A DNA stretch of 32,000 nt from Candidatus Thorarchaeota archaeon (GTDB lineage Archaea > Asgardarchaeota > Thorarchaeia > Thorarchaeales > Thorarchaeaceae): contig SHMX01000005.1 in the NCBI GenBank assembly GCA_008080745.1, positions 192,847 through 224,846 on the forward strand. The letters are read 5' to 3'. The notes beneath the pieces are model-generated. The model searched no databases. It had not been told where the DNA came from and was given only the letters and a program-made list of their open reading frames with translations. Within the stretch, counting starts at the first letter, position 1; each line of letters begins with the position of its first letter. The translations under genes were made by a program, and so were the position numbers. Below are positions 25,306-32,000 of the stretch, in pieces.

Positions 25306-26217
25306 ATGTACGTCAAGATAAGGACCGATGGAGCCGTCGGAATAGGCCGCGGAACACCAAGTGATAGTGAGATCGCATTGGGTTATGGAGAGGCTCACAT
25401 GATTGCTGCTGCTCTAGAAAAGCTCGCCCAGACAGCACGTAATTACAAACAAACCTACAAGAAGACAACAGATGTTGGTAGTGGAAATAAGATTGAATTC
25501 GAGCGCTCTGACGAAGGTATGATCTCCGTGTCTGGTGATGGTCAAACCTTCATGTGTACAGAGGATGAGATTCGAGAGCTTGCTAGGCTATTGAAGAATC
25601 TCCCACCAATTGAGGTCGCTCCATCCTCGGATTATGCTCATAAAATTCCACCAGATGGAGCAAAATGCGTAGTTGTTAAGAATGGTTCCGACTCGATAAA
25701 ACTCAGATTGCCTGAGGCTGCTCTTCTGAAGGTATCTCTGTCTTCCAGTCTGGATAGCAAATTCTTCGAAGAACATATTCACATAGGACAGAAAGAACTC
25801 TGGATCAAGCGTTCCAGCGATTTGAAATGGGCACTAGGTCTGGATAGCAGTACTGTGAAGTTCACTGCGTACGAGGTAGAAAACCTCTCATCAGGCCTTC
25901 ACAATGCAATTCTGGATGTTCTGATGGATCTTGTCAAGTCTATGGGAACTGACAAACTGGCTGATATTCGAATTAAGAGTCAGATTCAGCGAATTGAGCA
26001 GGACACCCTCAAATTACTTGGAGAACACAAGAAAGCCAAGTCTATCAGTAAGGACCTCACAAAGATGTCTAAGAAGGTACTTGAGAGTGGTATTGATGCA
26101 GAGGAAAGGACTCAAAATTTCATAAAGATGTGCCAACATGTGTATAGCAATCTTGAGCCTTCCTATCTTGAGCCACTCTTTGATTTGTTCTCTTCGGTCT
26201 TCGTTGCTGATTCCTGA
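25306..26217 (+). CDS. Hypothetical protein with four beta-beta-beta-alpha repeats and a helical C-terminus
   Basis: Repeating strand-strand-strand-helix units ending GYGEAHMIAAAL, TEDEIRELARLL, RLPEAALLKVSL, TAYEVENLSSGL. Confidence 0.75.
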   Translation: MYVKIRTDGAVGIGRGTPSDSEIALGYGEAHMIAAALEKLAQTARNYKQTYKKTTDVGSGNKIEFERSDEGMISVSGDGQTFMCTEDEIRELARLLKNLPPIEVAPSSDYAHKIPPDGAKCVVVKNGSDSIKLRLPEAALLKVSLSSSLDSKFFEEHIHIGQKELWIKRSSDLKWALGLDSSTVKFTAYEVENLSSGLHNAILDVLMDLVKSMGTDKLADIRIKSQIQRIEQDTLKLLGEHKKAKSISKDLTKMSKKVLESGIDAEERTQNFIKMCQHVYSNLEPSYLEPLFDLFSSVFVADS

Positions 26218-26226
26218 ACTGTAATA

Positions 26227-27645
26227 TTATGAATCGAGGACAGCGGTTGACCATGGGTATTTTTCAAGTATATTATCCATGAGTCGCCGCATCTTTCTCT
26301 CCTCAGATGTTCCCTCATAGGCCAGAAGTACAACAAGCCCCCCTCTGGTCCGTTTGAATTTTTGATACATAGTTTTGCTTGTGTTAATTGCATCCAGAAT
26401 TATCATTAGTTCGGCCTGAGGAATATCGAGGTCTCGCTCTCCAACAGGTGACATCACTAGTGCTCTGGCTTCAGGATTTTCTCGGAACTCTTGTAACACT
26501 TTTCCTTTATCACGAGTCTTACCAGTGATAGTTAGTACCTGTATATTCGACTTTTCTAGAACTCGTTTCATCTGGTTTACCATGCTAATATACGATGATA
26601 GAATAACCACCTTTTGACGTTGAAGGATTAGTTGATGTGCCTTGGTAACTTTTGCCGATATGGTGGGCAATAGACGTTGAAGTTCGCTCACATTGAAGTA
26701 GTGTTTCATATAGTCATTGTGAAACATTCTGAGAAACCTTTTGGGCGGCATCGCATAGACATATTTTCGTAGCATAAGAAGGCCTGAGTATCTACTCTTG
26801 AGTTCTTCTGTTATTGGTAGGCGCTCAAGCATCATATGTACTCGTCTTGCATCTCCCTCAATGAGATGAAGACTGTCCTCTTCTCCTAATTGATGAAATA
26901 TCTCTGATCGGGTACTACGAATCAGTTCATCCAATACCTTGGAGATTGACCTTATTCTTACATCTGTTACTGACTTCATTGTAAGAAACGTTGGCTCAAG
27001 ATACTCCTCCAAATCCGTTCCATAGAGATCCTCCATTGAAATAACCTGTGAATTCTTGATATATCTCTTCAAAGTGTTTAGTTCTTTCCGTATCTCTACT
27101 TGTTCTTTTGTAAAGACTGCATGGTCATCTCGAAGAGTACCACTCATCCCGATAATCCATTTCTCTTTCATGTGTGCAAGTAATGTTGGCCATGGGAATA
27201 CCAATGCGGTTCTACCACTTGACCGGCGTACTAATGTGTCTACCTCATTGATTAGGATGATGTTGAACCCATCTATGATATCCCGGTTTCGTTTTACTAT
27301 ATTTGCCAATGTTTGAGGTGTAGCAACAACAACTCGTTTCTCTTTGAGAATCCATTTTCGAATTCCTGATCTTACACGCGAAGAAATCTCTCCAAGATCT
27401 TCTTCTAGTCCTCCATATTCTCCTTTCAGATAATCTACCGTTTCTGCTAGCGAGGAAGACGAATGAACTATAATGATGAAACGGGCATCGGGAAATCTAT
27501 CCACGACTAATTGATGAGTGATGAACCGTTTTCCAAGCCCACAATCCAGTTCAAGCAAGAGATTAGTATTTTTGTACTCCTCAATTCTGTCGAGGATGTA
27601 TTCTTGATATCCACGGGGAGTATACTTTGGCTTCACATCGGACAT
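26227..27645 (-). CDS. SF2 helicase, Hef/FANCM/ERCC4-helicase-like, with degenerate motifs and no nuclease domain
   Basis: Q-motif PRGYQ, Walker A LDCGLGKR, VVATPQ, Walker B INEVD, motif III MSGT, motif V SPVGERDLDIP, motif VI QKFKRTRG. Confidence 0.75.
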   Translation of the reverse strand: MSDVKPKYTPRGYQEYILDRIEEYKNTNLLLELDCGLGKRFITHQLVVDRFPDARFIIIVHSSSSLAETVDYLKGEYGGLEEDLGEISSRVRSGIRKWILKEKRVVVATPQTLANIVKRNRDIIDGFNIILINEVDTLVRRSSGRTALVFPWPTLLAHMKEKWIIGMSGTLRDDHAVFTKEQVEIRKELNTLKRYIKNSQVISMEDLYGTDLEEYLEPTFLTMKSVTDVRIRSISKVLDELIRSTRSEIFHQLGEEDSLHLIEGDARRVHMMLERLPITEELKSRYSGLLMLRKYVYAMPPKRFLRMFHNDYMKHYFNVSELQRLLPTISAKVTKAHQLILQRQKVVILSSYISMVNQMKRVLEKSNIQVLTITGKTRDKGKVLQEFRENPEARALVMSPVGERDLDIPQAELMIILDAINTSKTMYQKFKRTRGGLVVLLAYEGTSEERKMRRLMDNILEKYPWSTAVLDS

Positions 27646-27680
27646 ACTACTTACCTGTCTGTATAATCTGTTATAATTCC

Positions 27681-28085
27681 CTAGAATTGCTTGAATACTT
27701 TTGCAAGAGAAGGTCCCTTAACTTGCATTTCAAACTCATTGAAAACTCCAAAAGGGACAATGTGTACAGCGTATCCTCTCTCATCAAGACGGTTCATAGT
27801 TTCTTCAATCACACCATCGGCAAACTCGGGTGACGACTTGCTATCACCAAGATGAGCAAATGAGTGTAGGATAACTTGTTTGCACTTGACCTTTTTACAT
27901 AACCATCTGATGTTCTTGACCATCTTCCTCACAACTTTAGTACGATTCTCCTCATCTTTTTCTTCGGCCTGAATCCACACCAATACTGACTCGGGAAAAT
28001 CTTCCCTCTCATCTGGAATATCAGGTGATTCCGGTTCGTGGGGGTTGTACCAGAAGTGTGAAACATGGAACATTAGAAGACGCAA
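27681..28085 (-). CDS. Stand-alone archaeal threonyl-tRNA synthetase editing-domain (DTD-like fold) protein
   Basis: MRLLMFH start (TTG 28085), VLVWIQAEEKD, ILHSFAHL.DS, PFG..N.F...KG.SLA. Confidence 0.8.
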   Translation of the reverse strand: MRLLMFHVSHFWYNPHEPESPDIPDEREDFPESVLVWIQAEEKDEENRTKVVRKMVKNIRWLCKKVKCKQVILHSFAHLGDSKSSPEFADGVIEETMNRLDERGYAVHIVPFGVFNEFEMQVKGPSLAKVFKQF

Positions 28086-28145
28086 TACAATCTCTCTCAC
28101 AAAATTACTGGTGGAGGGTGATATTAGCCTTGTCCAATATTTACC

Positions 28146-29024
28146 TTATATCTCCTCAGCATCAATTTCTGCAAGATCTTCATCAATGAGTTCCTGCTGT
28201 TCTTCCATTGCCGAGGGTTCCTTAATCACACCAGTATCCGTTGGCTGGATGGTACGGCTTCTTCTTGGGATTGCTTTTCCATGAACCCAAATGGTGTCTG
28301 AAGGTATTTCCCGATTCTTTGGAACTACAGAGTTTGCTCCAACAATTACATTATCTCCAATGACCGCTCCTGCTAAGATCACAGCGTTTGCACCAACAGT
28401 CACATTATTTCCAATCTTGACTTTTTGAAGATATAACCGGTCACCCTCATATACATGTCCGCTAATTATGGCATCATACCCAAAGAAACAGTCATCTCCA
28501 ATTTCCGTTCTTTCAGGATTGAACAATCTCCCGCTACCAACAACAGTATTTTTCCCAATTTTTGCTCCAAATAGGGTATGTCGTGGTTTGGTATCTAGAA
28601 AGACACTGAAGAACCAAGCGAAATAGGGTAGCATAATGTAATATATTTCGTAGTACTCGTAGAGTAGCCACTGCTCAGTATCCATTGGATAGTATCCATC
28701 TTCTAAAAAGGGAATTCCTCTTCGTGATAATTTGAACATTGCAACTAGAAACCCTAGAAAGAATCCATAACATATTAGGGTCATAGGGACCAAGCATATT
28801 AGAAACCAGAATCGGTCAAATGCAAACTGGGGTAAAAGGTGTCCAAAAATGTCATAGATGAGTTGCTCAAAGTTCACAAAAGGCCAACCAATCCCATCTA
28901 TAACACGGTCGATATTCTCATAAAATACCATCCACAGAAATATTGGAATCAGTGAAGCTACCATGAAACTGAAGAGTATTGAAAAAATCATGTAAATAGA
29001 ATATGCTATACTGCTTGCTTTCAT
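28146..29024 (-). CDS. Membrane-anchored hexapeptide-repeat (left-handed beta-helix) acyltransferase-like protein
   Basis: Two N-terminal TM segments, then LFGAKIGKNTVVG, EIGDDCFFG, KIGNNVTVGANAVILAGAVIGDNVIVGANSVV. Confidence 0.85.
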   Translation of the reverse strand: MKASSIAYSIYMIFSILFSFMVASLIPIFLWMVFYENIDRVIDGIGWPFVNFEQLIYDIFGHLLPQFAFDRFWFLICLVPMTLICYGFFLGFLVAMFKLSRRGIPFLEDGYYPMDTEQWLLYEYYEIYYIMLPYFAWFFSVFLDTKPRHTLFGAKIGKNTVVGSGRLFNPERTEIGDDCFFGYDAIISGHVYEGDRLYLQKVKIGNNVTVGANAVILAGAVIGDNVIVGANSVVPKNREIPSDTIWVHGKAIPRRSRTIQPTDTGVIKEPSAMEEQQELIDEDLAEIDAEEI

Positions 29025-29160
29025 AGCTTCACATCAAATAATTTACAATTGTTTGAATGACAGCACCCTATAAGTTAGTTACTAGAGGAAATTTTTCTTG
29101 AGGGAAAAGAGATATAGAGGGTTCTTTCTGCGATGAGTCAAGAAGCAATCTTGGTGAAGA

Positions 29161-30390
29161 ATGATGACAGACGCGGTAATAGCAGGAACCGGCCCAGCAG
29201 GGCTTATGTCCGCATGGAGAATGGCTGACCATGGGCTCGATATCACGGTATTGGAAAAACGAGCCAAAGAAACCGATTCACTCATGGGTGAATTGGTGAC
29301 CGATAAGGCGTTGAGATTTCTTAGAGTTCAACCCACTTCGGAGTATATTGGAAACAAGTACACTTCTATTGTTGGTGAGAGTCTTGATACAGGATCCAAC
29401 ATTGTTGTAGACCGAAGCCTTCTTGGTAACTCGTATTTATTGGATGAAGACAAATGTCAGGAGCTCATGCGTGAACGTGCTGAAGCGGATGGTGCTGAAT
29501 TCCGATTTAATTCGCGAGTATCTTCTGTTATCAAAGAGAATGGTATAGTATCAGGCGTTAAATATGGTGGGGGTGATACAGTCAAGGCACCTCTTACCGT
29601 TGGAGCAGATGGTTCATTCAGTAGGGTTTCCGAGACCGCTGGATTCACTCATCCCAAGTGGCTCTTGAGTTACGGATACCGCTTCAAGCTGGCAGGATGT
29701 AAGAATATTGACCCTAAAGTTGCATACTTCTATGTTGGAAAAGATGTTGGACTCGGTTATTTGTGGATGTATCCTCGCAGCGAAACAGAGGTGAATCTTG
29801 GTATCGGGCGTGTACCTTCTTCTGTTGAAGAGTGGAATAAACTTCCTCCTATGAAAGATGTGCTTCGAAAATACATGCGAACCCATGATGAAACTAAAGA
29901 TGCAAAGATAGTGGCAGTCAACGGTGGGGTTGTACCTTGTGCCGGCATAATTCCCCGGTTTACCGATGCTGGTGTAGCGCTCTGTGGCAATTCGGCTGGT
30001 CAAGTCTCATCCATTGTTGGAGGTGGTGTGACAACCTGTTTCCATGCCGGTATTATGTTAGCTAAACACGCGAAGCGGATGGTCGATGAGGATGACTTCT
30101 CCGCGAAAAGTGTGAAGAAATATGAGAAAGAGTATCTTTCCTCGAAACTTGCCTATAATATCACACAGACTGGCAAAGGCATGTGGGCCGTATCTAAGTA
30201 TGCAATGTTTAACGATCCAATTGCCGCAGCAGAGATAGTTCTTGATGAACTAGATGCAAAAACATTGAACGAACTGATTCAAGGTACTGCTGGTGTTAGT
30301 ACGTATATGGCTCTTTTCAGTAACTTTCTACCGATGGTACTAAAGATCGGCATGGGTTACATGAAGGCCATTGCTGTCAGTGGATTGTAA
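29161..30390 (+). CDS. Geranylgeranyl reductase-family FAD oxidoreductase (DGGGPL reductase-like)
   Basis: GTGPAG dinucleotide fold, LEKR, VGADG..S.V, GYLWMYP (YxWxFP-like), G.VP, CGNSAGQV..IVGGG. Confidence 0.85.
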   Translation: MMTDAVIAGTGPAGLMSAWRMADHGLDITVLEKRAKETDSLMGELVTDKALRFLRVQPTSEYIGNKYTSIVGESLDTGSNIVVDRSLLGNSYLLDEDKCQELMRERAEADGAEFRFNSRVSSVIKENGIVSGVKYGGGDTVKAPLTVGADGSFSRVSETAGFTHPKWLLSYGYRFKLAGCKNIDPKVAYFYVGKDVGLGYLWMYPRSETEVNLGIGRVPSSVEEWNKLPPMKDVLRKYMRTHDETKDAKIVAVNGGVVPCAGIIPRFTDAGVALCGNSAGQVSSIVGGGVTTCFHAGIMLAKHAKRMVDEDDFSAKSVKKYEKEYLSSKLAYNITQTGKGMWAVSKYAMFNDPIAAAEIVLDELDAKTLNELIQGTAGVSTYMALFSNFLPMVLKIGMGYMKAIAVSGL

Positions 30391-30409
30391 ATATTAGCAA
30401 AAACAGAGT

Positions 30410-30487
30410 GAAGCAGGGGTATTACACCCCCCAGCAGGGGTGCCCCCCCGGGAGCCCTGCTTCGTGACGGTTAACACCGCCGTAACA
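30410..30487. ncRNA. GC-rich structured intergenic element (possible ncRNA or cis-regulatory RNA)
   Basis: GAAGCAGGG (30410-18) / CCCTGCTTC (30455-63) stem, internal GGGGT/ACCCC and CACCCC/GGGGTG helices, CGGT-taac-ACCG hairpin. No family recognised. Confidence 0.35.
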
Positions 30488-30671
30488 TGCCGAACAACCA
30501 TAACGCGAAGAGATTTTGTTTTCGGATATGATTGGTATCGGTCCTTCCCGACAATAAATTAAATAGTACACATCTCTATAAATACTGTGTTTGTATACAG
30601 TCATGAAGTAAGATACTCTTTTACCTTAGATGGATTAAAAAACACTTTACAAATTGTAGGCTTAATGGGGC

Positions 30672-31724
30672 ATGGTCAAGCTGAAACAAGAAACATTGAC
30701 TCAATCTCTTGAAGTTCTTGGACTAACTACAGGAGATACACCTAATTCTGACATGTTGATTCTTCAGGCGATGTTGCTGGCACAAAATCAAGGTGTTTCA
30801 CCACTCACATCCAAAATCGTTCATAGAACTCTACTCCAATCTTTTGGATCGAGTCTTAGCCGTGCTTGGGTTCAACGAACTCTGAAAAAAATGGAGGATT
30901 TAGGTTTAGTAAAGACCGAAACAGAGGGGACCTATCGGAAGCACTATTCAATAGACATCAACTCCATTGTTGCGGGCTTTGAGCGATTACGTCAACAACA
31001 CATTGCCCTCATTCAGGATCAAAAGGGATCTCTTGATAAACAGTTGCAGTTTCTAAATGAACTCAATTGTAGCCAACTCGCTAAGGAGTTCTTGGAATTC
31101 TATACTGATAAGGAACATGTACTCTCTGCTAGGTTTCTGAAAGGCATCGACGAGATTCATCATACCATTGATGAGATATCAGAGTCTGAGGGTAAACCTG
31201 GTTCAACCATTCGAGTGATTCTACAATGGATGCGGTCGATTTTGGAGGGGAGCGAAAATCGAATGCAAAAATATTTACGTAGTGCGATGCGCGGTATTGA
31301 AGTCAAGTATTTGGTTGGACCTGAACTATTGAAAATCGATTTGAAAGAAGACACCGACTTCCCCCTCGAATTTTTCCAAAAGATGATTTATTCTTTGGCA
31401 GAGTTCAGATTCAGAAATATTCCATTCAAGGTACGTCTTTATGAAGGTGCAAGAACATACAGTCATTTCACCATAGATTCAGATCGGACCGTTCTGATTA
31501 TTACCGAGAATCCCATGACCGCAATTTATGTTACTCGGGGTTTCAATCCCGATCTTATAGATAATGTATGTGAAACTTTTGACGAGGCATGGGAGAATGC
31601 AATTCCAATCATTGAACTTCCTGATGATTTGTTAAAACGGTATGATACGACTGTATCGAGAGAGCTCTCTCGGATAATTCGAGAAATTAGAGATAGATAC
31701 AGTGATTTGAGTGGTGAAAAATAG
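30672..31724 (+). CDS. TrmB-like transcriptional regulator (wHTH + coiled coil + effector domain)
   Basis: N-terminal wHTH (LSRAWVQRTLKKMEDLGLV...GTYRKHY), coiled coil, and a C-terminal TrmB/PLD-like tail (HFTIDSDRTVLI...FDEAWENA). Confidence 0.7.
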   Translation: MVKLKQETLTQSLEVLGLTTGDTPNSDMLILQAMLLAQNQGVSPLTSKIVHRTLLQSFGSSLSRAWVQRTLKKMEDLGLVKTETEGTYRKHYSIDINSIVAGFERLRQQHIALIQDQKGSLDKQLQFLNELNCSQLAKEFLEFYTDKEHVLSARFLKGIDEIHHTIDEISESEGKPGSTIRVILQWMRSILEGSENRMQKYLRSAMRGIEVKYLVGPELLKIDLKEDTDFPLEFFQKMIYSLAEFRFRNIPFKVRLYEGARTYSHFTIDSDRTVLIITENPMTAIYVTRGFNPDLIDNVCETFDEAWENAIPIIELPDDLLKRYDTTVSRELSRIIREIRDRYSDLSGEK

Positions 31725-32000
31725 ATATGCATATTTTCAATGATATCTCAGCGAGTCCTGCAGGGGGGTTGCAAGTAGTTGCTGAAAACGTGGACATTGT
31801 TGGACAGAATCTGATATGTGTGTATATAGGTGGATTCAGAATGAATGTCTGGTTGAAAGACATACCATTGCTGACCACGACAAAGTCTCACCCAGTGCCG
31901 TTACCTGGGAGGACAACGCTTTGATGTCCAAAAGATATGAGTACGAGTGCGTATACTATTTTTGTAGGACAAGATGAATCGAGACAAACTAGTCACTTAG

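Noticed and set aside
30400-30500. 5S rRNA, tRNA, SRP RNA or hammerhead ribozyme as identity of the GC-rich element
   Set aside because: Lacks the 5S CCGAAC..GAAGTTAAG context, tRNA TTCGA/D-loop spacing, SRP helix-8 motif and hammerhead CTGANGA/GAAA core on either strand.
31687-31924. Short ORFs at the window end (31727..31924 +, 31687..31878 -)
   Set aside because: Short, mutually overlapping and without recognisable features; cannot be supported.

Overview
Gene-dense archaeal chromosome segment, most consistent with an Asgard archaeon (probably Thorarchaeia). This is inferred from gene content: an unprenylated Rab-like GTPase, A/V-type ATPase subunit I, TrmI, an archaeal ThrRS editing domain and several alpha-helical orphans. 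Housekeeping genes (atpI 3' end, trmI, pyrF, class I aminotransferase, glmM-like mutase, NUDIX, alpha/beta hydrolase, geranylgeranyl-reductase family, TrmB-like regulator) are interleaved with less expected loci. (1) A 132-aa protein with a coiled coil, a Pro-rich linker and a C-terminal GGGGMMGELKALLAARRKK motif closely resembling the Ena/VASP F-actin-binding (FAB) motif, a candidate archaeal actin filament regulator. (2) A complete bshA-bshB-bshC bacillithiol-type cluster whose BshC carries a Zn-ribbon insertion and whose BshB has an altered catalytic motif. (3) A CARF-like-wHTH plus double-Lrp regulator pair behind an AT-rich, palindrome-containing intergenic region, with no CRISPR-Cas in the window. 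(4) A phased 10-bp repeat array upstream of a coiled-coil/wHTH gene. (5) A motif-degenerate Hef/FANCM-like helicase, a stand-alone ThrRS editing domain, and a GC-rich, potentially bistable RNA element. No tRNA, rRNA, CRISPR array or transposase was recognised. All family calls are by motif recognition from memory; no database search was run.
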